A stretch of 64,000 nucleotides of DNA, taken from positions 68,302 to 132,301 of the forward strand of contig JAWKQI010000002.1 of assembly GCA_041390245.1 (NCBI GenBank). Direction: 5' to 3'. Below the pieces are notes generated by a model. It did no database searches and was not told the origin of the DNA. It saw only the letters and a list, made by a program, of their open reading frames with translations. The translations under genes and the position numbers were made by a program. This DNA is from Eubacteriales bacterium (lineage in GTDB: Bacteria > Bacillota > Clostridia > Christensenellales > JAWKQI01). Shown here one piece after another: positions 50,530 to 59,753 of this stretch (position 1 is the stretch's first letter; the number at the start of each line of letters is the position of its first letter).

Positions 50530-50943
50530 ATGTATTATAGTTATAATTATGGTTATTACAATGCTTTAGCGGCCATACCTATTATTCTTTTTATTTTAAG
50601 CATCTGTGCATTTATCGCTGCTCTTGTTTTAATTATAGTATTTTTACCGGAAAAAAACCGCAATAAATATACGGGTTTTGCGGCCAAACTGTATAAATTC
50701 TTAAACTTTGAAAGCCTGTGGATTTCACCGATCTTAAAAGTCCTTTTTATGACAGTATCAGTTGTATTTCTAATCGGTGGCTTGATCATATTATTTATCG
50801 AACCTTTAGTAGGGTTAATGATGATAGTATCATCTGTGGTAGTAAGAATATTATTTGAAGCTAATTTTATTCTCTTGTCAATGAGAGACTACTTAGGAAG
50901 AATATCCAAACATTTTGAGAACGAAGATAAACCTGAAGAATAA
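50530..50943 (+). CDS. DUF4282-like membrane protein
   Basis: 137-aa ORF with three TM segments and a strong SD (AAAGGAGGA). Confidence 0.65.
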   Translation: MYYSYNYGYYNALAAIPIILFILSICAFIAALVLIIVFLPEKNRNKYTGFAAKLYKFLNFESLWISPILKVLFMTVSVVFLIGGLIILFIEPLVGLMMIVSSVVVRILFEANFILLSMRDYLGRISKHFENEDKPEE

Positions 50944-51028
50944 AAACAAAGAAATCATTTTTACTCGTACACAATTTATATTTTTAAAATAAAATAAACA
51001 AGAGTTTTTTTGTTCTTTAAAGAAACTA

Positions 51029-51061
51029 AAAAGCATGGCCAGTATCAAACGCCATGCTTTT
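51029..51061. terminator. Bidirectional intrinsic terminator
   Basis: AAAAGCATGGC-cagtatcaaac-GCCATGCTTTT, between the convergent genes 50530..50943 (+) and 51080..51742 (-). Confidence 0.8.
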
Positions 51062-51079
51062 TAATATTTCTGTCAAAAA

Positions 51080-51742
51080 TTAATCTTCCAGCTTTTTAAA
51101 TACGCTTTTAGGTTGGTTGCATATGGGGCACCTATATGTGTCCGGCTCTTTAGTTATATCGCCTTCGTAAATATATCCACATACAGTGCATATATACCTT
51201 ACGCCGCTTGCAGCTTTTTTATTTTCTGCTGCCTTTGGCTTTTCTTCTATATAAGTAGGTGCGTTTTTCGGGGCACTCCCCTTTACTACTTCATGGTAGT
51301 ATTTATAAGTCATAGGAGTTAAATCTGTAACTTTATCTCCATCAACTATATTGGCAAATATAACGACGTGTGTCCCCATATCGTGCATTGAATTAACTTC
51401 GCAAATAAGGTACGAACAAATGTTGTTATCAATTACCGGAAGATCACTCTTAACCGTATATTTAACTGAACCAAATTTATCCGTATCCTTGCCCGAATAA
51501 AACCCGAGGCGCCCAATCACTGTACTTTCAGTTTTTTCAGACAAAATGGATACAGCGAATCTTTTTGTTTTATCGACCACGCCATAAGTATAGTTATTTT
51601 TGTTCAAGCTGATCGCAATAATCATAGGTTCACTCGTGATTTGAAAAACCGTATTTACAATGCAGCCTGTAAATTTTTTCTCGTCTTTAACGCCTATAGC
51701 ATAAACCCCGTAAGATATGTCTCTTAAAACTGATTTATTCAT
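51080..51742 (-). CDS. Flavin reductase-like domain fused to rubredoxin (high-molecular-weight rubredoxin, Hrb-like)
   Basis: 220-aa ORF. The N-terminal part is an FMN-binding split-barrel domain. The C-terminal part, YICTVCGYIYEG...YRCPICNQP, supplies the rubredoxin CxxC pairs. Confidence 0.85.
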   Translation of the reverse strand: MNKSVLRDISYGVYAIGVKDEKKFTGCIVNTVFQITSEPMIIAISLNKNNYTYGVVDKTKRFAVSILSEKTESTVIGRLGFYSGKDTDKFGSVKYTVKSDLPVIDNNICSYLICEVNSMHDMGTHVVIFANIVDGDKVTDLTPMTYKYYHEVVKGSAPKNAPTYIEEKPKAAENKKAASGVRYICTVCGYIYEGDITKEPDTYRCPICNQPKSVFKKLED

Positions 51743-51752
51743 GTGTTTTACC

Positions 51753-52292
51753 TCAATAATTTTCTGCTCTTAGCTCAAAATATGCACGTGGATGTGAACA
51801 TACCGGGCAAATTTCAGGAGCGGTTTTGCCAACATGTATATGTCCGCAGTTTGAACATTTCCAAATCACTACTCCATCTCTTTCAAATACTTTCCCTTCG
51901 TTTAAGTTTTGGAGCAATTTAAGATATCTCTCTTCATGTATTTTTTCGATCTTAGCTACCCTTTCAAAAAGGCCGGCGATTTGTTCGAATCCTTCTTCTC
52001 TTGCTTCTTTTGCAAATGTAGCATACATATCAGACCATTCGTAATTTTCACCTGATGCAGCATCAGCCAAGTTCTGCTTCGTGTCTCCTATGCCACCGGT
52101 AAATAGTTTATACCAAATCTCAGCATGCTCTTTTTCATTTCCTGCAGTTTCTGTAAAGATAGCAGCTATTTGGTTGTATCCCTCTTTCTTGGCTTGTGAT
52201 GCATAAAAAGTGTACTTGTTTCTCGCTTGTGATTCACCAGCGAATGCAGCCATTAAATTTGATTCTGTTTTTGTTCCTTTTAAATCTTTCAT
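51753..52292 (-). CDS. rbr: Rubrerythrin
   Basis: 179-aa ORF with di-iron ExxH motifs ([16 protein letters not shown]) and a C-terminal rubredoxin-like pair, CSNCGH...CPVCSHP. Confidence 0.92.
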   Translation of the reverse strand: MKDLKGTKTESNLMAAFAGESQARNKYTFYASQAKKEGYNQIAAIFTETAGNEKEHAEIWYKLFTGGIGDTKQNLADAASGENYEWSDMYATFAKEAREEGFEQIAGLFERVAKIEKIHEERYLKLLQNLNEGKVFERDGVVIWKCSNCGHIHVGKTAPEICPVCSHPRAYFELRAENY

Positions 52293-52351
52293 AAGTCTCT
52301 TTCTCCTTTTTTTAAAATTAATTTATTAAATGCGTTTTTAACGCAGGCAAA

Positions 52352-52723
52352 CTAAATACAATCCCTACATTTACCGTAACATATTACATTTAACTCTTCA
52401 ACCAATGCAATATCATCTTTATTAAGTGCATTTTTGTTTATTTCTATATATGATTTTGGGATATCAAAAGCTTTACCGCATACTTTGCATATCATATGGT
52501 AATGCGGGCTGTCTTTACGGTCGAACCTGTCTGGCCCATTTGGAACTTTTATCCTATCTATTAATCCTTTTTCTACAAGTAAATTCAAATTCCTGTATAC
52601 AGTACCTATACTAAGCTGCGGATTTTTAGGCTTAAGCTGATTGTAAAGCTCATCCGCCGTAGGATGGCTCCTGTTATCTTTCATTGCGTTATATATAATT
52701 TCTCTTTGTTTTGAATATATCAT
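52352..52723 (-). CDS. perR: Fur-family transcriptional regulator, PerR-like by context
   Basis: 123-aa ORF with a winged-helix region (SIGTVYRNL), HYHMIC..CG and a C-terminal C..C pair. It lies upstream of rbr. Confidence 0.82.
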   Translation of the reverse strand: MIYSKQREIIYNAMKDNRSHPTADELYNQLKPKNPQLSIGTVYRNLNLLVEKGLIDRIKVPNGPDRFDRKDSPHYHMICKVCGKAFDIPKSYIEINKNALNKDDIALVEELNVICYGKCRDCI

Positions 52724-52740
52724 ATTAAAATCCTTAAGAA

Positions 52741-52789
52741 TGATAATTATTATTATATTTAATTATACTCAAAAAAACAGCATTGTCAA
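52741..52789 (-). promoter_or_regulatory. perR promoter with a Fur/PerR-type operator
   Basis: On the minus strand: TTGACA (52789..52784), a 16-nt spacer, TATAAT (52767..52762), then TAATAAT-A-ATTATCA (52755..52741). The operator matches the 7-1-7 box TTATAAT-N-ATTATAA with one mismatch per half-site. Confidence 0.55.
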
Positions 52790-52793
52790 TATG

Positions 52794-54800
52794 CTATGCA
52801 AAAAATATTTTCCCTATTCTATAAATGATAAAGGAGAGCCCCCATGCAACCGAAGTCTGAAATAAAATCATTTTAAAAGTCAGCCATGCACTGCCAAGTT
52901 CCCTTTTCGCAACTGCGATAGAAGCTACGCAAGGCGAATACAGCAAAGTAAAAACCAGAAATGAAAATGCACTTAATGGAGTAAACAGCCCCATCAATGC
53001 CGTAGATAAAGTTTCTTTGGTACAGTTAAGCAGTATACTCAACGTGCTTATTACAGTTTCTTTCGCAGCTAATCCCGTTAAAAGCGCGGCGCATATTCTC
53101 CAATCACCAAACCCTAACGGAATAAAAACAGGTACAAGCAAAATACCTATATAAGAAAGTATACTAAAACGGCTGTCAGAAATAAAATTAAAGTTCCAAT
53201 CAAACGATTTTAACAGCCATATAACAATAGAAGCAAGCAGTATTATAGAAAAAGCCCGTTTTAAAAAATCCTTTGTCTTTTCAGACATATGTGTTAGCAC
53301 CGTTCTTAAAGTCGGTATTCTATACGGAGGTAATTCAAGCAAAAATACCGAAGACTCACTCTTATCTTTATAAAACTTGCTTAATATCTTAGCAGATAAA
53401 ACCCCTACCAATATGCCAATTAAATACAGTGAAGCCATGACAATAATCCTGTTTTTACTAAAAAAAGCAGCAGCAAACATAGTGTATACAGGAAGTTTGG
53501 CGCTGCAAGACATAAATGGTATTATAAAAACCGTAATTTTTCTATCCTTTTCCCCTATCAATGTGCGTGTTGCCATTATCGCCGGTACACTGCATCCAAA
53601 ACCAAGCAGCATCGGCACTATAGACTTTCCGGAAAGCCCTATCTTTGCAAAATGCGCATCCATAAAATATGCAATCCTAGCAAAATATCCGCTTCCTTCT
53701 AAAATAGAAAGCAGAAAAAACAACATCAAAATAGTGGGCAGAAAAGAAACAACACTGCCTATACCGCTTATTATGCCATCTACAATTAAAGAATTTAATA
53801 TTACAGAAAGGCCTATATTATTTAAAAATACGTCTGTTTTTTCAGATATGCTAGTGATAAGTCCGCTTAAAATATCACCTAATTTTTGCGTTATACCGCC
53901 AAATGTAAAGTAAAATATAATAAGTATGATAATTAAAAAGATAGGTATTGCAAAATAGCGGCTTGTAAAAATTTTATCCAGCTTCTTTGAAAACTCCTTG
54001 GCCTTTAAAACATCTCCTAGAAAAATATTTCCAGAGCATATTTTTTCTATAAACCTATATCTCATATCCGCTAAAGCGCAAAACCTGTCCATCTTTATTT
54101 TATTTTCTAATTCTAAAACTTTTTCCTCTATTTGCTCTAAAACGCCTTTTCTTATCTCCAGATGTTTTAAAAATTCCGTATCCTTCTCTATCAATTTTGT
54201 AATTGAGTATTTTTTCGGGTAATTTAACCTTATACTATTTTTCGTTATGATTTCTTCAATTTGCTTATAAAGGCCTTCAATTTCCCTGGAAATTATTTTA
54301 GGCATTGGTTTTTTTCTTGATACACTTAACTGCTTTACTTTTTCAATTAAAACATCTATACCTTTATTTTTCTTTGCGGAAATCGGTACGATGGGAATAT
54401 CAAGCTTTTTTTCAATCGATTCCGCATCTATTTTACCTCCGGCTGCATCTATGTCATCCATCATGTTAAGAGCAATAACGATAGGTATATCTAGCTCTAA
54501 AAGCTGAATTGTAAGATAAAGGTTCCGCTCAATATTAGTTGCATCGATAATATTTATTATCACATCCGGACGCTCGTTTAATAAAAAATCCCGGCATAAA
54601 ATTTCCTCAGGCGTATATGGCAAAAGAGAGTATATACCCGGCAGATCTACTAATATGGCATCTTTTAATTTTAAAACTCTTCCTTCTTTTTTCTGAACGG
54701 TAATTCCCGGGAAATTTCCAACGTACTGTTTACTGCCTGTAAGCCTGTTGAAAAGCGTTGTCTTTCCGCAGTTTTGGTTCCCTACAAGCGCCAATAACAT
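52794..54800 (-). CDS. feoB: Ferrous iron transporter FeoB
   Basis: 668-aa ORF with the N-terminal G-domain (GNQNCGKTTLFN, DLPG) followed by a polytopic membrane domain. Confidence 0.95.
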   Translation of the reverse strand: MLLALVGNQNCGKTTLFNRLTGSKQYVGNFPGITVQKKEGRVLKLKDAILVDLPGIYSLLPYTPEEILCRDFLLNERPDVIINIIDATNIERNLYLTIQLLELDIPIVIALNMMDDIDAAGGKIDAESIEKKLDIPIVPISAKKNKGIDVLIEKVKQLSVSRKKPMPKIISREIEGLYKQIEEIITKNSIRLNYPKKYSITKLIEKDTEFLKHLEIRKGVLEQIEEKVLELENKIKMDRFCALADMRYRFIEKICSGNIFLGDVLKAKEFSKKLDKIFTSRYFAIPIFLIIILIIFYFTFGGITQKLGDILSGLITSISEKTDVFLNNIGLSVILNSLIVDGIISGIGSVVSFLPTILMLFFLLSILEGSGYFARIAYFMDAHFAKIGLSGKSIVPMLLGFGCSVPAIMATRTLIGEKDRKITVFIIPFMSCSAKLPVYTMFAAAFFSKNRIIVMASLYLIGILVGVLSAKILSKFYKDKSESSVFLLELPPYRIPTLRTVLTHMSEKTKDFLKRAFSIILLASIVIWLLKSFDWNFNFISDSRFSILSYIGILLVPVFIPLGFGDWRICAALLTGLAAKETVISTLSILLNCTKETLSTALMGLFTPLSAFSFLVFTLLYSPCVASIAVAKRELGSAWLTFKMILFQTSVAWGLSFIIYRIGKIFFA

Positions 54801-54803
54801 AAA

Positions 54804-55064
54804 CTAACCCTCATGTATCTTAACTACTTCTATTATCTGAGCATCTTTGAGCCTCATTGTTAACTCATATCCCCTAACAGAAATCTCGATCGGGTTGCCG
54901 CCAGATGCAACTCCGCTTATGACTATACGTGTATTCGGGGTCATCCCCATATCTAATATCCTTCTTCTAAGCGCTCCTGTCCCGTGTATTTCCTTTATCA
55001 CCACAGGGATACCCACACCAACTTCATCAAGCCTCAAAATATCACCTTCTAACACAATATACAT
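54804..55064 (-). CDS. feoA: FeoA-domain protein
   Basis: 86-aa ORF whose SH3-like FeoA pattern reads IKEIHGTGALRRRILDMGMTPNTRIVI...GNPIEISVRGYELTMRLKDAQIIEV. The start may be the TTG at 55037, which has AGAAGGTGA upstream. Confidence 0.85.
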   Translation of the reverse strand: MYIVLEGDILRLDEVGVGIPVVIKEIHGTGALRRRILDMGMTPNTRIVISGVASGGNPIEISVRGYELTMRLKDAQIIEVVKIHEG

Positions 55065-55169
55065 AATGTATATGCTGTTAAAAACAGGTTATACATTCAT
55101 ATAAAGCAGCATGTAAAGGCATAAAACTTTACGCCCCACTTTGGACTAATTTTTTAGGAAAAAAAAGAA

Positions 55170-55198
55170 ATGCGAGAAACTTTTTAAGTTTCTCGCAT
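55170..55198 (-). terminator. Strong intrinsic terminator upstream of feoA
   Basis: On the minus strand, ATGCGAGAAACT-taaaa-AGTTTCTCGCAT (12 bp, perfect) is followed by TTCTTTTTTTT. Confidence 0.85.
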
Positions 55199-55348
55199 GA
55201 TTTTACAGCCACTTCTTTGGCAATGGCTGTAATGAGAAGGGAACTTATTCAACAAAATGCGAAAAGTATTTTGTATAATTACAATACACTTTTTTGAAAA
55301 AAAATACAAGCCCTTTTTTGAAATTTTTAGGAAAAATTATAAACAAAG

Positions 55349-55375
55349 AAGCTCTAAACAATAGTTTTAAAGCTT
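55349..55375 (-). terminator. Intrinsic terminator of galE
   Basis: On the minus strand, AAGCTTTAAA-actattg-TTTAGAGCTT (10 bp, one G-U pair) is followed by CTTTGTTT, 19 nt after the galE stop. Confidence 0.6.
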
Positions 55376-55393
55376 TTTATTTGATATAAATAT

Positions 55394-56389
55394 TTATTTT
55401 CTATTTAACTCCCATCTCCATGAGTCTGTACACATATCATCTAAGTTAAGTTTTGCTTCCCAATTAAGAATTTTTTTAGACTTGTCCGTTTTGGCAAAAC
55501 ATACTGCGATATCACCTGCTCGCCTGCCGTCTATCACATAAGTTAGTTTTTTGCCGGAAGCTTTTTCAAAGGCCTTTATAACTTCAAGTACGCTATATCC
55601 TCTCCCTGTTCCTAAGTTAAAAGCTTCAATACCCGTATTTTTATTGACGTAATTAAGCGCACTTACATGGCCTTTTGCAAGGTCTACCACATGTATATAA
55701 TCCCTTATACCAGTTCCATCCGGCGTTGGATAATCGTTTCCAAAAACGTGCAGTTCTTCAAGTTTTCCGGATGCTACTCTCGTAATATATGGCATTAAGT
55801 TATTTGGTATACCGTTTGGGTCTTCACCTATTAGCCCGCTTTTATGAGCTCCTATAGGGTTAAAGTACCTAAGAAGAGCTACAGCCCACTCCTTATCTGA
55901 AACGCATATATCTCTAAGTATCTGTTCTATCATATACTTGGTCCATCCATAGGGATTTGTACAACCAAGCGAAGAATCCTCATCAAGAGGCATTTTATTG
56001 TCGCTCCTATATACAGTTGCAGAGGAACTAAATATAAACTTTTTAACGCCATATTCTTGCATAGTTTCACATAAGGCAAGTGTTGAATCTATATTATTTT
56101 TATAATATAAAAGAGGTTTTTCAACTGATTCTCCAACAGCCTTAAACCCTGCAAAATGTATTACGGCATCTATTTTATTTTCATTAAATATCCGTTTAAG
56201 CATAGCCTTATCAGTTGCATCGGCATGGATACAGCGCACTTTTTTGCCTGCAATTAAACCAATCTTATCAACTATTTCCGGCTTACTGTTAGAAAAATCA
56301 TCTACAATTAATATGTCATATCCGCTTGAAATCAGTTCAATGCAGGTATGGCTACCTATAAAGCCTGCCCCTCCGGTTACAAGTATCAT
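55394..56389 (-). CDS. galE: UDP-glucose 4-epimerase
   Basis: 331-aa ORF with VTGGAGFIGSH, SSSATVY, YGWTKYM (YxxxK) and LRYFNP. Confidence 0.93.
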   Translation of the reverse strand: MILVTGGAGFIGSHTCIELISSGYDILIVDDFSNSKPEIVDKIGLIAGKKVRCIHADATDKAMLKRIFNENKIDAVIHFAGFKAVGESVEKPLLYYKNNIDSTLALCETMQEYGVKKFIFSSSATVYRSDNKMPLDEDSSLGCTNPYGWTKYMIEQILRDICVSDKEWAVALLRYFNPIGAHKSGLIGEDPNGIPNNLMPYITRVASGKLEELHVFGNDYPTPDGTGIRDYIHVVDLAKGHVSALNYVNKNTGIEAFNLGTGRGYSVLEVIKAFEKASGKKLTYVIDGRRAGDIAVCFAKTDKSKKILNWEAKLNLDDMCTDSWRWELNRK

Positions 56390-56413
56390 GTCTTTTCCCC
56401 TCTTTAAGTATAG

Positions 56414-57814
56414 TTATTTCTTTTTCGTTTTAACTTTAATATTTTTAGTTACATTACCAACGAGCTTTAAATCTTCTTTTGAAAACCCTTCTGTACTTTT
56501 TTTCATGAACACAACTTTTAAAGTGGATATCAAAAGGCGTACGTCCATTATTATTGAACAATGTTCTATATAAAGCAAGTCCATTTTTACTTTATCCTCA
56601 AGAGATGTGGTATACTTGCCGTAAATTTGCGCATAACCTGTAAGCCCTGCCTTAACTTTTAACCGGTACCTGAATTGTGGGAATACTTTACAGTATTCTT
56701 CAAAAATTTCCGGCCGCTCCGGCCTTGGGCCGACAAGTGACATATCTCCGGTTAAAATATTAAATAACTGAGGTATCTCATCTATACGTGTTGCCCTTAT
56801 AAACTTCCCTATTTTAGTTATGCGTGAATCGTTTATATCTGCAAAACGCGCTTCTCCGTCAGGCTCCGCGCTTTCTATCATGCTTCTGAATTTTATTAAA
56901 GTAAAGGTTCTGCCATTTCTAGTAAGCCTTTTTTGCTTATAAAATATCTGCCCTCCGTCCTGAAGCTTGATTGCAAGTATAGTTAGTATCATAATAGGGC
57001 TTAAAATTATTATACCGATAAATGAAAGGGCTATGTCCATAAAACGCTTGATTGCAAGCTGTTCCAGTGCAAACCCCCTGTTTTTACACATATAAATCAG
57101 CGAATCTTTGATTTGTATTTCATGAGCATTATTCATTAAAATATATTGCATTGTAGGTACTATATAAAGCCTCTTGTCTTTCTCAAAACAGTATGAAATA
57201 AGCTTTACACGAAGTTCTTCTGCAATGTCTCCTAATATTACAGCGGAATGTTTATCTATCTTGCTAATAAGATATTCATATTCCTCGCTTTCTTTATATA
57301 TAGCGCATATCTTATATCTCTCTTTTATACTTTTAAATTTCTTGACTATCGCCTTGTCCTTGTCCGAGGCAGAATAAATAACTATGCAGTCCCTTGCAGG
57401 ATATAGTTTAAAATATATTTTATTTGCAGCCAAATAAAGTATGCACGAAATAACACATTGGAATATCGCAAGAATGCCCAACGGAATCGGGTTTAACATA
57501 GTCTTTGCAATTAATGACAAGACGAAATAAGTTATAAGATTTGTAATAAAAATAGCAAGTATATAAGAACATACGATTTCGTACAGCCTTAAAATACCTA
57601 TTCTAAAACAACCGTACGATCCAGCGAATAACAATAATATAATTAAGTATAAAAATACAATTATATAATTCCCTTTATAATAGAAAAGTACTTCATTATA
57701 GTATTCAAAAAGTACAAAAACATAAGCAGCCAAAGTGACTGCTATAATTAGTAGTTTGTTTATAAATAATACTGCTTTTCTAAAGCTATGTACGATTGTT
57801 TTAAACAAAGACAT
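56414..57814 (-). CDS. Polyprenyl-phosphate glycosyl-1-phosphate transferase (bacterial sugar transferase, WbaP/CpsE type)
   Basis: 466-aa ORF with an N-terminal multi-TM region and a conserved C-terminal catalytic domain, KRLTRNGRTFTLIKFRSM...IDEIPQLFNILTGDMSLVGPRPERPE. Confidence 0.9.
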   Translation of the reverse strand: MSLFKTIVHSFRKAVLFINKLLIIAVTLAAYVFVLFEYYNEVLFYYKGNYIIVFLYLIILLLFAGSYGCFRIGILRLYEIVCSYILAIFITNLITYFVLSLIAKTMLNPIPLGILAIFQCVISCILYLAANKIYFKLYPARDCIVIYSASDKDKAIVKKFKSIKERYKICAIYKESEEYEYLISKIDKHSAVILGDIAEELRVKLISYCFEKDKRLYIVPTMQYILMNNAHEIQIKDSLIYMCKNRGFALEQLAIKRFMDIALSFIGIIILSPIMILTILAIKLQDGGQIFYKQKRLTRNGRTFTLIKFRSMIESAEPDGEARFADINDSRITKIGKFIRATRIDEIPQLFNILTGDMSLVGPRPERPEIFEEYCKVFPQFRYRLKVKAGLTGYAQIYGKYTTSLEDKVKMDLLYIEHCSIIMDVRLLISTLKVVFMKKSTEGFSKEDLKLVGNVTKNIKVKTKKK

Positions 57815-57992
57815 CTTCTCCTAAATGTATATATAAAATATAAATTTCTCAACAAAAAAAGTATATCATTTTACAAAAATGTTATCAAGATATTACAGCT
57901 TTTTTACATAATAATTCACAATAATTTAACAGATTACTTTATTATCAAAATCTATATTTAAATAATGCTTTTTAAAAACTTTTTATTATTTT

Positions 57993-58331
57993 TTATACTA
58001 TGAGCATCGTTATCTTATTGAAATTAAGTTCTTTCGTACGGTTCTGGATAGTAAACCAATCTATAATAGTTAATATCCCGCATACTCCTGCTGTTAAAAG
58101 CTTTAAAACCCCCATACCGGTATCACCTATCATAAATCTGTCTATTCCAAGAGACCCTAAAAATATAGAAATAAGAAGCATAGTAGTTGGATCTTTTAGT
58201 TCCATAGAAGTAAGCAGCATAAACTTCTCATCGTCTAAACATGATAGTTTTTCTCTTAAGAAAAGAATTTTTTCTTCCGGAAAATATTTGTTATTTGTCA
58301 TAATATAAAAATCAACTTTTTCCTTATCCAT
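57993..58331 (-). CDS. TM2-domain membrane protein
   Basis: 112-aa ORF with the TM2 signature GSLGIDRFMIGDTGMGVLKLLT..GILTIIDW. Confidence 0.78.
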   Translation of the reverse strand: MDKEKVDFYIMTNNKYFPEEKILFLREKLSCLDDEKFMLLTSMELKDPTTMLLISIFLGSLGIDRFMIGDTGMGVLKLLTAGVCGILTIIDWFTIQNRTKELNFNKITMLIV

Positions 58332-58420
58332 GCGGGATCCCCCTAATTATATTTATACTCTCACACTATAATAAACTTTTTTGCTTGTCAACAAAACTTT
58401 ACATTAAAATACAAAATTTA

Positions 58421-58804
58421 CTAGATAATCCACCCATTAAAAAGCCTTATAAAATATACGGTAATAAATAAAACTGCTCCTAAAATAAGGATTATCTGCT
58501 TTGTTTTTGTGCTTAAAAATTTAAGCATTTTAGTGTCTTTATGTATACCTATAAACAGTAGTATAGGTAAAAGCCAGAAAAGTGGATGATGTAAAAATGC
58601 GCCCTTAAAATCCAGATTGAAAAAAGATACATAAGCTCTCATGGCACCACATGCCGGGCATGGTATACCCGTTACCCATCTAAACGGGCAGCCGATGTTT
58701 AGCGCATCGATTATCAAAATATATGCCGTACAAGTTAATAGAATAATTATATGTTTAAATATAATCTTTTTTGTTGTACCCTTTTCACCCAAATGTCTTT
58801 TCAT
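58421..58804 (-). CDS. DUF2752-family membrane protein
   Basis: 127-aa ORF containing CPFRWVTGIPCPACGAMRA, which is typical of DUF2752. Confidence 0.75.
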   Translation of the reverse strand: MKRHLGEKGTTKKIIFKHIIILLTCTAYILIIDALNIGCPFRWVTGIPCPACGAMRAYVSFFNLDFKGAFLHHPLFWLLPILLFIGIHKDTKMLKFLSTKTKQIILILGAVLFITVYFIRLFNGWII

Positions 58805-58834
58805 ATTTACAGCAAGTTAATAAATAATACCTGG

Positions 58835-59134
58835 TTATTCATAGATGTCTATGCACTGCTTATTTTCCAGTATAGTATTGACAAAGTCTCGCACTCTTTG
58901 ATGTTCCGGATGAATTATATAAGAAGCTAGTGTCTTCTCATTTTCAAACAGGCTGGTTAAAACTATATCACAGGTACTTGTCTTAAGCGGATTTATATCT
59001 ACTTTTAAAGAAACTATTTCGCCTATCTTATCTGTTAAAGCTTCTAGCTTTTCCTTTGCCTTTGCCGCATTTTCCCTGTTTTGTTCACTTGTAAAATTTT
59101 TTTTAAAATTCCATGCTACAATATGCCTTACCAT
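58835..59134 (-). CDS. Dabb (stress-responsive alpha/beta barrel) family protein
   Basis: 99-aa ORF beginning MVRHIVAWNFK, with HPEH later in the sequence. Confidence 0.72.
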   Translation of the reverse strand: MVRHIVAWNFKKNFTSEQNRENAAKAKEKLEALTDKIGEIVSLKVDINPLKTSTCDIVLTSLFENEKTLASYIIHPEHQRVRDFVNTILENKQCIDIYE

Positions 59135-59172
59135 ATTAATTCTCCTGAAAATATTTATTTAAATATTATAAT

Positions 59173-59631
59173 TTAAACCAATCCTTTTTTCATTTCTTTT
59201 TGGGCTAGCTTATTAGTGTTTATAGATTTCCTATATACTACAAAGCGGCAGAATAAAAATTCTGTTATAAAGTTTATAAGCATAGTCCCTGCAAGCACTA
59301 TATATTCATTTAATCCAATACCCGTCAGCTGATCACCCCACCAGGTAGATAACGGTGTAAATACACAGTAATAGCCAATTACCTTAAGCATTGCCTTTGG
59401 GAAATTGGCGATAGATTTAAATGTATATCTTCTGTTGATAGTAAAATTATAAACTACAGACAATATTAGTGCGATAAGATAACACGGCCAGTATTTTAAA
59501 TCGGTAAGTTCCGTTAATAAAGTAAAGCTTAAGAACTGTACAATACCCGCCGAAGCAGAAAATGCCGCAAATTTTATAAATTGTATTGCATTTTGTTTTT
59601 TAGTAAGAGTGACTTTAGTCTCTTTTTCCAT
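59173..59631 (-). CDS. GtrA-family membrane protein
   Basis: 152-aa ORF with four TM helices, beginning FIKFAAFSASAGIVQF. Confidence 0.75.
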   Translation of the reverse strand: MEKETKVTLTKKQNAIQFIKFAAFSASAGIVQFLSFTLLTELTDLKYWPCYLIALILSVVYNFTINRRYTFKSIANFPKAMLKVIGYYCVFTPLSTWWGDQLTGIGLNEYIVLAGTMLINFITEFLFCRFVVYRKSINTNKLAQKEMKKGLV

Positions 59632-59753
59632 TACTTTATTCCTAACAAGGATATTTATTTTTATAATTACTACAGTGTATTATATCATGAATATTAATAT
59701 CATATATATAAATACTTTAAAATAAAGATATATTTTAAGGTTCTTTCAAACTG

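Noticed and set aside
55232-55364. Plus-strand mini-ORFs in the feoA-upstream gap: MRRELIQQNAKSILYNYNTLF (55232..55297) and a 35-codon ORF starting at 55257.
   Set aside because: Neither has a correctly spaced SD. The only SD-like GAGAAGGGAA lies 14 nt from the second ATG. They run antisense to the hairpin and terminator architecture, which is oriented on the minus strand.
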